From Eledone cirrhosa (taxonomy: Eukaryota), in the NCBI GenBank assembly GCA_964016885.1, contig OZ024744.1, forward strand, positions 19,034,001 to 19,098,000: a DNA stretch of 64,000 bases, read 5' to 3'. The notes beneath the pieces were generated by a model that saw only the letters and a program-made list of their open reading frames with translations, was not told the DNA's origin and searched no databases. This document shows, one piece after another, positions 53,921 to 64,000 of this stretch. Numbering within the stretch: position 1 is the first letter of the stretch; each line of letters opens with the position of its first letter. Position numbers and translations under genes: made by a program.

Positions 53921-56900
53921 CCACTGTATCTTTGTGTATGTCTGCGTCACTGTGTATGTCACTGTGTGTTTCTGTATGTATGCGTCACTGTGTATGTCAC
54001 AGTGTGTTTCTGTATATATGTGTCTCTGTGTATGTCACTGTATCTTTGTGTATGTCTGTGTCACTGTGTGTTTATGTATGTCTATGTCACTGTGTATGTC
54101 ACTGTATGTTTGTGTGTGTGTCTGTGTCACTGTGTATGTCACTGTTTGTTTGTGTATGTCTGTGTCACTGTATGTTTCTGTATGTCTGTGTCACTGTGTA
54201 TGTCACTGTGTGTTTCTGTATGTATGTGTCACTGTGTATGTCACCGTATGTGTGTGTATGTCTGTGTCACGGTGTATGTCACTGTATCTTTGTGTATGTC
54301 TGTGTCACTGTGTATGTCACTGTGTGTTTCTGTATGTCTGTGTCACTGTGTATGTCACTGTATGTTTGTGTGTGTCTGTGTCACTGTGTATGTCAATGTC
54401 TATGTGTGTTTCTGTATGTCTGTGTCTCCGTGTATGTCACTGTATCTTTGTGTATGTATGTGTCACTGTGTATGTCACTGTGTGTTTCTGTATGTCTGTG
54501 TCACTGTGTATGTCACTGTATGTCTCTGTATGTCTGTGTCACTGTCTATGTCACTGTATCTTTGTGTATGTCTGTGTCACTGTGTATGTCACTGTGTGTT
54601 TATGTATTTCTGTGTCTCTGTATATGTCACTGTATCTTTGTGTATGTCTGCGTCACTGTGTATGTCACTGTATGTTTGTGTATGTCTGTGTCACTGTGTG
54701 TTTCTGTATGTGTGTGTCACTGTGTATATCACTGTATGTTTGTGTCACGGTGTATGTCACTGTATGTTTGTGTGTGTCTGTGTCACTGTGTATGTCACTG
54801 TGTGTTTCTGTATGTCTGTGTCACTGTGTATATCATTGTATCTTTGTGTATGTCTGTGTCACTGTGTATGTCACTGTATGTTTCTGTATGTATGTGTCAC
54901 TGTGTATGTCACTGTGTGTTTATGTATGTTTGTGTTCACTGTGTATGTCACTAAATGTTTGTGTGTGTCTGTGTCTCTATGTATGTCACTGTGTATTTGC
55001 GTGTGTCTGTGTCACTGTGTATGTCACTGTTTGTTTGTGTATGTCTGTGTCACTGTGTATGTCATTGCATCTTTGTGTATGTCTGTGTCACTATGTATGA
55101 CACTGTGTGTTTCTGCATGTCTGTGTCACTGTGTATGTCACTGTGTGTTTCTGTATGTCTGTGTCAATGTGTATGTCACTGTATGTTTCTGTATGTCTGT
55201 TTCACTGTGTATATCACTGTGTGTTTCTGTATGTCTGTGTCACTGTATATGTCACTGTATCTTTGTGTATGCCTGTGTCACTGTCTATGTCACTGTATGT
55301 TTCTGTATGTCTGTTTCACTATGTATGCCACTGTATGTTTGTGTTGTCTGTGTCATTGTGTATGTCACTGGGTGTTTCTGTATGTCTGTGTCACTGTGTA
55401 TGACACTGTGTCTTTCTGTATGTAGGTATCACTGTGTACGTCACTGTGTGTATCTGTATGTCTGTGTCACTGTGTACGTCATTGTATCTGTGTGTATGTC
55501 TGTGGCACTCTGTATGTCGTTGTGTGTTTCTGTATGTATGTTTCTCTGTGTATGTCACTGTATATTTGTGTATGTATGTGTCACTGTGTATGTCACTGTG
55601 AGTTTCTCTACTTCTGTGTCACTGTGTATGTCACTGTATGTCTCTGTATGTCTGTGTCACTGTCTATGTCACTGTATCTTTGTGTATGTCTGTGTCACTG
55701 TGTATGTCACTGTGTGTTTATGTATTTCTGTGTCTCTGTGTATGCCACTGTATCTTTGTGTATGTCTGCGTCACTGTGTATGTCACTGTGTGTTTCTGTA
55801 TGTATGTGTCACTGTGTATGTCACAGTGTGTTTCTGTATATATGTGTCTCTGTGTATGTCACTGTATCTTTGTGTATGTCTGTGTCACTGTGTGTTTCTG
55901 TATGTCTATGTCACTGTGTATGTCACTGTATGTTTGTGTGTGTCTGTGTCACTGTGTATGTCACTGTTTGTTTGTGTATGTCTGTGTCACTGTATGTTTC
56001 TGTATGTCTGTGTCACTGTGTATGTCACTGTGTGTTTCTGTATGTATGTGTCACTGTGTATGTCACCGTATGTGTGTGTATGTCTGTGTCACGGTGTATG
56101 TCACTGGATCTTTGTGTATGCCTGTGTCACTGTGTATGTCACTGTGTGTTTCTGTATGTCTGTGTCACTGTGTATGTCACTGTATGTTTGTGTGTGTCTG
56201 TGTCACTGTGTATGTCAATGTCTATGTGTGTTTCTGTATGTCTGTGTCTCTGTGTATGTCACTGTATCTTTGTGTATGTATGTGTCACTGTGTATGTCAC
56301 TGTGTGTTTCTGTATGTCTGTGTCACTGTGTATATCACTGTGTGTTTCCGTATATCTGTATCTCTGTGTATGTCACTGTATCTTTGTGTATGTCTGGGTC
56401 ACTGTGTATGTCACTGTATCTTTGTGTATGTCTGTGTCACGTGTATGTCTCAGTGTGTTTCTGTATGTCTTTGTCACTGTCTATGTCACTGTATGTTTCT
56501 GAATGTCTGTGTCACTGTGTATGTCACTGTGTGTTTCTGTATGTCTGTGTCACGGTGTATGTCACTGTATGTTTGTGTGTGTCTTTGTCACTGTCTATGT
56601 CACTGTATGTTTCTCAATGTCTGTGTCACTGTGTATCTCACTGTGTGTTTCTGTATGTATGTGTCACCGTGTATGTCACTGTATCTTTGTGTATGCCTGT
56701 GTCACCGTGTATGTCACTAAATGTTTGTGTGTGTCTGTGTCTCTGTGTGTGTAACTGTGTGTTTGCCTGTGTCTGTGTCACTGTGTATGTCACTGTGTGT
56801 TTCGGTATGTCTGTGTCACTGTGTATACCACTGTCTGTTTGTGTATGTCTGTGTCACTGTGTGTGTTTCTGTATGTCTGTGTCACTGTGTATGCCACTGT

Positions 56901-59229
56901 ATCTTTGTGTATGTCTGTGTCACCGTGTATGTCACTGTATCTTTGTGTATGTCTGTGTCACTGTGTAAGTCATTGTATCTTTGTGTATGTATGTGGCACT
57001 CTGTATGTCATTGTGTGTATTTATATGTCTGTGTCACTGTCTATGTCTGTGTCACTGTGTATGTCACTGTGTGTTTCTGTATGTCTGTGTCACTGTGTAT
57101 GTCACTGTATTTTTCTGTATGTCTGTGTCACTGTGTATGTCACTGTATCTTTCTGTATGGCTGTGTCACTGTGTATGTCCCTGTATCTTTATGTATGTCT
57201 GTGTCACCGTGTATGTCACTGTATCTTTGTGTATGTATGTGTCACTGTGTAAGTCTTTGTATCTTTGTGTATGTCTGTGGCACTCTGTATGTCATTATGT
57301 GTTTCTATATGTCTGTGTCACTGTCTATGTCACTGTATCTTTGTGTATGTCTGTGTCACTGTGTATGTCACTGTGTGTTTCTGTATGTCTGTGTCTCTGT
57401 GTATGTCACTGTATCTCTGTGTATGTCTGTGTCACTGTGTATGTCACTGTGTGTTTGTGTATGCCTGTGTCACTGTGTATTTCACTGTTTGTTTCTGTAT
57501 GTCTGTGTCACTGTGTATGTCACTGGGTGTTTCTGTATGTCTGTGTCACTCTGTATGTCACTGTATCTTTGTGTATGTCTCTGTCACCGTGTATACCACT
57601 GTATCTTTGTGTATGTGTGTGTCACCATGTAAGTAACTTATCTTTGTGTATGTCTGTGTCACTGTGTATGTCGCTGTGTCTTTCTGTATGTCTGTGTATC
57701 TGTGTATGTCACTGTATCTTTGTGGATGTCTGTGTCACCGTGTATGTCACTGTATATTTGTGTATGTCTATATCACTGTGTATGTCACTCTGTGTTTCTG
57801 AATGTCTGTGTAACTGTGTATGTCACTGTATCTTTGTGTATGTCTGTGTCGCGGTGTATGTCACTGTATCGTTGTGTATGTCTGTGTCACAGTGTATGTC
57901 ACTGTATGTTTATGTATGTCTGTCACTGTGTATATCAATGTATGTTTATGTATGCCTCTGTCACAGTGTATATCAATGTATGTTTCTGTATGTCTATGTC
58001 TCTGTGTATGTCACTGTATCTTTGTGTATGACTGTGTCACTGTGTATGTCAATGTATCTTTGTGTATGTCTCTGTCACTGTGTATGTCACTGTGTGTTTG
58101 TGTGTGTCTGTATCACTGTGTAAGTCACTGTATGTTTCTCTATGTCTGTGTCACTGTGTATGTCACTGTATGTTTCTGTATGTCTGTGTCACTGTGTATG
58201 TCACTGTATGTTTCTGTATGTCGGTGTCACTGTGTATGTCACTGTATTTTTGTGTATGTCTGTGTCACTGTGTATGTCACTCTATGTTTCCGTATGTCTG
58301 TGTCACTGTGTATGTTACTGTGTGTTTCTGTATGTGTGTGTCACTGTGTATGTCACTGGGTGTTTCTGTATGTCTGTGTCACTGTGTATCTCGCTGTGTG
58401 TTTCTGTATGTCTGTGTATCTGTGTATGTCACTGTATCTTTGTGTATGTCTGTGTCGCTATGTATGTCACTGTGTGTTTCTGTATGTCTGTGTATATGTG
58501 TATGTCACTGTATCTTTGTGTATGTCTGTGTCACTGTGTGTTTGTGTATGCCTGTGTCACTGTGTATGTCACTGTGTGTTTCTGTATGTCTGTGTCACTG
58601 TGTATGTTACTGGGTGTTTCTCTATGTCTGTGTCACTTTGTATGTCACTGTATCTTTGTGTATGTATGTGTCACTGTGTATGTCCCTGTATCTTTGAGTA
58701 TGTCTATGTCACCGTGTATGTCACTGTATATTTGTGTATGTCTGTGTCACTGTGTATGTCGCTGTGTGTTTATGTATGTCTGTGTATCTGTGTATGTCAC
58801 TGTATCTTTGTGGATGTCTATGTCACTATGTATGTCAATGTGTGTTTCTGTATGTCTGTCACTGTGTATGTCCTGTGTGTTTCTGTAGGTCTTTCTCTGT
58901 CTATGTCACTGTATCTTTGTGTATGTCCGTGTCACCATGTATGTCACTGTATCTTTGTGTATATCTGTGTCACTGTGTATGTCACTATGTGTTTCTGTAT
59001 GTCTATGTCACTGTGTATGTCAATGTATGTTTCTGTATATCTGTGTCACTGTGTATGTCACTGTGTGTTTCTGTATGTCTGTGTCACTGAGTATGTCACT
59101 GTGTGTTCCTGTATGTCTGTGTCACTGTGTATGTCACTGTATGTTTCTCTATGTCTGTGTCACTGTGTATGTCACTGTATGTTTATGTATGTCTGTGTCA
59201 CTGTGTATGTCACTGTATTTTTCTGTATG

Positions 59230-62200
59230 TCTGTGTCACTGTGTATGTCACTGTATCTTTCTGTATGGCGGTGTCACTGTGTATGACACTGTGTGTTTCT
59301 GTATGTCTGTGTCACTGTGTATGTCACCCATATATGTGTGTATGGCTGTATCACTGTGTATGTCACTGTATGTTTCTGTATGTCTGTGTCACTATGTATG
59401 TCGCTGTATGTTTGTGTATGTCTGTGTCACTGTGTATGTCACTCTGTGTTTCTCTATGTCTGTGTCACTGTGTATGTCACTGTATCTTTGTGTATGTCTG
59501 TGTCACCGTGTATGTCACTGTATATTTGTGTGTGTCTGTGTCACTGTCTATGTCACTGTTTTTTCTGTATGTCTGTTTCACTGTGTATGTCACTGTGTGT
59601 TTCTGTATGTCTGTGTCACTGTGTATGTCACTGTATGTTTGTATGTGTCTGTGTCACTGTGTATGTCACTGTGTTTTTGCGTGTGTCTGTGTCACTGTGT
59701 ATGTCACTGTGTGTTTGTGTATGTATGTGTCACTGTGTATGTCACTGTGTGTTTCTGTATGTCCGTGTCACTGTGTATGTCACTGTCTGTTTCTGTATGT
59801 CTGTTTCATTCTGTATGGCACTTTATGTTTTTATATGTCTGTGTCACTGCGTATGTCACTGTATCTTTGTTTATCTCTGTGTCACTGTGTATGTCACTGT
59901 ATGTTTCTGTATGTCTGTGTCACTGTGTATGACACTGCGTGTTTCTGTATGTCTGTGTCACTGTGTATGTCACTGGGTGTTTCTCTATGTCTGTGTCACT
60001 TTGTATGTCACTGTATCTTTGTGTATGTATGTGTCACCCTGTATGTCACTGTATCTTTGTGTATGTCTGTGTCACTGTGTAGGTCAATGTATCTTTGTGT
60101 ATGTCTGTGTCACCGGGTATGTCACTGTATCTTTGTGTATGTCTGTGTCACTGTGTAAGTCATTGTATCTTTGTGTATGTATGTGGCACTCTGTATGTCA
60201 TTGTGTGTTTTTATATGTCTGTGTCACTGTCTATGTCACTGTATCTTTGTGTATGTCTGTGTCACTGTGTATGTCACTGTGTGTTTCTGTATGTCTGTGT
60301 CTCTGTGTATGTCACTGTATCTCTGTGTATGTCTGTGTCACTGTGTATGTCACTGTGTCTTTGTGTATGCCTGTGTCACTGTGTATTTCACTGTGTGTTT
60401 CTGTATGTCTGTGTCACTGTATATGTCACTGTATGTCTATGTATGTCTGTGTCAGTGTGTATGTCAATGGGTGTTTATGTATGTCTGTGTCACTCTGTAT
60501 GTCACTGTATCTTTGAGTATGTCTATGTCACCGTGTATGTCACTGTATATTTGTGTATGTGTGTGTCACCATGTATGTAACTGTATCTTTGTGTATATCT
60601 GTGTCTCTGTGTATGTCGCTGTGTGTTTCTGTATGTCTGTGTCACTGTGTATGTCCTGTGTGTTTCTGTAGGTCTGTTTCTCTGTGTATGTCACTGTATT
60701 TTGTGTATGTCTGTGTCACTGTGTATGTCACTCTGTGTTTCGTGTATGTCTGTGTCACTGTGTATTTCACTGTATGTTTCTGTATGTCTGTGTCACTGTG
60801 TATGTCACTGTGTGTTTCTGTATGTCTGTGTCACTGAGTATGTCACTGTGTGTTTCTGTATGTCTGTGTCTCTGTGTATGTCACTGTATCTTTGTGTATG
60901 TATGTGTCACTGTGTATGTCACTGTGTGTTTCTGTATGTCTGTGTCACTGTGTATATCACTGTGTGTTTCCGTATATCTGTATCTATGTGTATGTCACTG
61001 TATCTTTGTGTATGTCTGGGTCACTGTGTATGTAACTGTATATTTGTGTATGTCTGTGTCACGGTGTATATCACTGTATGTTTGTGTATGTCTGTGTCAC
61101 TGTGTATGTCACTGTGTGTTTCTGTATGTCTGTGTCACTGTGTATATCAATGTGTGTTTCTGTATCTCTGTGTCACGGTGTATGTCACTGCATGTTTGTG
61201 TATGTCTGTGTGACTGTGTATGTCACTGTGTGTTTCTGTACGGCTGTGTCACTGTGTATGTCACTGTATCTTTGTGTATGTCTGTGTCACTGTGTATGTC
61301 ACAGTGTGTTTCTGTATGTCTTTGTCACTGTCTATGTCACTGTATGTTTCTGAATGTCTGTGTCACTGTGTATGTCACTGTGTGTTTCTGTATGTCTGTG
61401 TCACGGTGTATGTCACTGTATGTTTGTGTGTGTCTTTGTCACTGTCTATGTCACTGTATGTTTCTGAATGTCTGTGTCACTGTGTATGTCACTCTGTGTT
61501 TCTGAATGTCTGTGTCACTGTGTATGTCACTGTGTGTTTGTGTATGTATGTGTCACTGTATGTTTCTGTATGTCTGTGTCACTGTGTGTCATTGTATCTT
61601 TATGTATGTCTGTGTCACTGTGTATGTCACTGTATGTTTCTGTATGTTTGTGTCACTGTGTATGTCACTGTGTGTTTCTGTATGTCTGTGTCTCTGTGTA
61701 TGTCACTGTATGTTTCTGTATGTCTGTTTCACTGTGTATGTCTCTGTGTCTTTATGTATGTCTGTGTCACTCTGTATGTCACTGTATATTTCTGTATGTC
61801 TGTGTCACTGTGTATGTCACTGTATGTTTCTGTATGTCTGTGTCACTGTGTATGTCACTGTATGTTTCTGTATGTCTGTGTCACTGTGTATGTCACTGTA
61901 TGTTTCTGTATGTCTGTGTCACTGTGTATGTCACTGTATCTTTCTGTATGGCTGTGTCACTGTGTATGACACTGTGTGTTTCTGTATGTCTGTGTCACTG
62001 TGTATGTCACCCATATATGTGTGTATGGCTGTATCACTGTGTATGTCACTGTATGTTTCTGTATGTCTGTGTCACTATGTATGTCGCTGTATGTTTGTGT
62101 ATGTCTGTGTCACTGTGTATGTCACTCTGTGTTTCTCTATGTCTGTGTCACTGTGTATGTCACTGTATCTTTGTGTATGTCTGTGTCACCGTGTATGTCA

Positions 62201-64000
62201 CTGTATATTTGTGTGTGTCTTTGTCACTGTCTATGTCACTGTTTTTTTCTGTGTCTGTTTCACTGTGTATGTCACTGTGTGTTTCTGTATGTCTGTGTCG
62301 CTGTGTATGTCACTGTATGTTTGTATGTGTCTGTGTCACTGTGTATGTCACTGTGTTTTTGCGTGTGTATGTGTCACTGTGTATGTCACTGTGTGTTTGT
62401 GTATGTATGTGTCACTGTGTATGTCACTGTGTGTTTCTGTATGTCCGTGTCACTGTGTATGTCACTGTCTGTTTCTGTATCTCTGTTTCATTCTGTATGG
62501 CACTTTATGTTTTTATATGTCTGTGTCACTGCGTATGTCACTGTATCTTTGTTTATCTCTGTGTCACTGTGTATGTCACTGTATGTTTCTGTATGTCTGT
62601 GTCACTGTGTATGACACTGCGTGTTTCTGTATGTCTGTGTCACTGTGTATGTCACTGGGTGTTTCTCTATGTCTGTGTCACTTTGTATGTCACTGTATCT
62701 TTGTGTATGTATGTGTCACCCTGTATGTCACTGTATCTTTGTGTATGTCTGTGTCACTGTGTATGTCTGTGTATCTTTGTGTATGTCTGTGTCACCGGGT
62801 ATGTCACTGTATCTTTGTGTATGTCTGTGTCACTGTGTAAGTCATTGTATCTATGTGTATGTATGTGGCACTCTGTATGTCATTGTGTGTTTTTATATGT
62901 CTGTGTCACTGTCTATGTCACTGTATCTTTGTGTATGTCTGTGTCACTGTGTATGTCACTGTGTGTTTCTATATGTCTGTGTCTCTGTGTATGTCACTGT
63001 ATCTCTGTGTATGTCTGTGTCACTGTGTATGTCACTGTGTCTTTGTGTATGCCTGTGTCACTGTGTATTTCACTGTGTGTTTCTGTATGTCTGTGTCACT
63101 GTATATGTCACTGTATGTCTATGTATGTCTGTGTCAGTGTGTATGTCACTGGGTGTTTATGTATGTCTGTGTCACTCTGTATGTCACTGTATCTTTGAGT
63201 ATGTCTATGTCACCGTGTATGTCACTGTATATTTGTGTATGTGTGTGTCACCATGTATGTAACTGTATCTTTGTGTATATCTGTGTCACTGTGTATGTCG
63301 CTGTGTGTTTCTGTATGTCTGTGTCACTGTGTATGTCCTGTGTGTTTCTGTAGGTCTGTTTCTCTGTGTATGTCACTGTATTTTGTGTATGTCTGTGTCA
63401 CCATGTATGTCACTGTATCTTTGTGTATGTCTGTGTCACTGTGTATGTCACTCTGTGTTTCGTGTATGTCTGTGTCATTGTGTATTTCACTGTATGTTTC
63501 TGTATGTCTGTGTCACTGTGTATGTCACTGTGTGTTTCTGTATGTCTGTGTCACTGAGTATGTCACTGTGTGTTTCTGTATGTCTGTGTCTCTGTGTATG
63601 TCACTGTATCTTTGTGCATGTATGTGTCACTGTGTATGTCACTGTGTGTTTCTGTATGTCTGTGTCACTGTGTATATCACTGTGTGTTTCCGTATATCTG
63701 TATCTCTGTGTATGTCACTGTATCTTTGTGTATGTCTGGGTCACTGTGTATGTAACTGTATATTTGTGTATGTCTGTGTCACGGTGTATATCACTGTATG
63801 TTTGTGTATGTCTGTGTCACTGTGTATGTCACTGTGTGTTTCTGTATGTCTGTGTCACTGTGTATATCAATGTGTGTTTCTGTATCTCTGTGTCACGGTG
63901 TATGTCACTGCATGTTTGTGTATGTCTGTGTGACTGTGTATGTCACTGTGTGTTTCTGTATGGCTGTGTCACTGTGTATGTCACTGTATCTTTGTGTATG
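59230..64000. repeat. Higher-order duplication: ~59230-61280 repeated at ~61915-64000 (offsets 2683/2682/2720)
   Basis: Marker gtcacccatatatgtg occurs at 59323 and 62006. Both copies share ttcattctgtatggcacttt and caccgggt. ORF pairs 60171/62853 and 60850/63570. Confidence 0.9.
59672..59711 (-). other. Example cryptic RSS-like motif: heptamers CACAGTG at 12-bp and 24-bp spacers from nonamer-like GCAAAAACA; the same geometry occurs in most monomers
   Basis: The + strand reads tgtttttgc (59672-59680), 12 bp, cactgtg (59693-59699), 5 bp, cactgtg (59705-59711). The canonical RSS is CACAGTG-N12/23-ACAAAAACC. This is sequence resemblance only; no function is shown. Confidence 0.3.

Larger units (their letters stand above)
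42630..58150. repeat. Older dispersed duplication: ~42630-43660 paralogous to ~57060-58150 (offset ~14488)
   Basis: Rare marker ccatgtaagtaacttatcttt occurs at ~43137 and ~57625, and both copies carry ctttgtggatgt. ORFs 43214 and 57702 are similar but show several substitutions. Confidence 0.8.
1..64000. repeat. Tandem satellite array, ~38-bp monomer (consensus GTCACTGTGTATGTCACTGTGTGTTTCTGTATGTCTGT), ~1,700 head-to-tail copies, running off both window ends
   Basis: GTCACT recurs at alternating 12- and 26-bp spacing from the first to the last line. I saw no unique sequence and no inversion. The ORF track shows the same 38-aa peptide ([38 protein letters not shown]) in all three + frames, as expected for a 38-bp unit (114-bp codon period). 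Copy number is estimated as 64000/38. Confidence 0.99.

Noticed and set aside
53666-56968. Longest ORF (1100 aa)
   Set aside because: It is the same repeat peptide and the expected tail of the ORF length distribution in stop-poor satellite DNA. The other frames are also largely open.
6-63933. Hundreds of overlapping Cys/Val/Met-rich + strand ORFs, superficially like metallothionein, keratin-associated or membrane proteins
   Set aside because: All three frames give the same cyclic 38-aa peptide because the 38-bp consensus has no stop codon. Stops and frameshifts fall wherever variant monomers occur, and there is no unique domain or frame preference.
1-64000. CRISPR-like array (constant part plus variable part, ~38-bp period)
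   Set aside because: There are no unique spacers, since the variable segment is one of a few near-identical alleles. There is also no leader and no cas gene.
1-64000. Real immunoglobulin/TCR locus or germline RAG-driven rearrangement
   Set aside because: No V, D or J coding segments adjoin the heptamers. Same-orientation 12/23 signals would recombine by inversion, and I see no inverted segment or head-to-head signal joint.
1-64000. Telomeric repeat or canonical G-quadruplex array
   Set aside because: It is GT-rich, but GG and GGG runs are rare variants and there is no TTAGGG- or TG1-3-type unit.
1-64000. Strong Z-DNA or cruciform element
   Set aside because: Purine-pyrimidine alternation is broken every ~9-15 bp by TC, CT or TT steps. 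The only inverted repeats seen are ~5-bp stems (gtgac-N7-gtcac) in variant monomers.
1-64000. Embedded transposon, rRNA/tRNA gene or unique-sequence insertion
   Set aside because: Every line conforms to the monomer pattern. The largest departures are a few substitutions or inserts under ~10 bp.

Overview
The whole 64-kb window is one uninterrupted, single-orientation tandem satellite array of roughly 1,700 monomers. The ~38-bp consensus is GTCACTGTGTAT-GTCACTGTGTGTTTCTGTATGTCTGT (12+26 bp; 18 T, 10 G, 6 C, 4 A). It looks like a (GT)n/(CA)n-derived eukaryotic satellite or giant minisatellite; the host cannot be named from the sequence. I see no credible protein gene, RNA gene, transposon or CRISPR array. 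The many Cys/Val-rich + strand ORFs arise because the consensus has no + strand stop codon, so all three frames read the same 38-aa peptide. Rare variant monomers reveal a nested patchwork of duplications (offsets 340 bp to 14.5 kb) rather than one fixed higher-order repeat, and two paralogous sub-lineages replace each other along the array. The most unusual observation is that each monomer, read on the minus strand, resembles a V(D)J recombination signal: CACAGTG heptamer, 12-bp spacer, 6-7/9 nonamer-like motif, plus a second heptamer at a 24-bp spacer. This may be a by-product of the CA-repeat ancestry and is untested. Block boundaries were placed by eye and are approximate (about one monomer).
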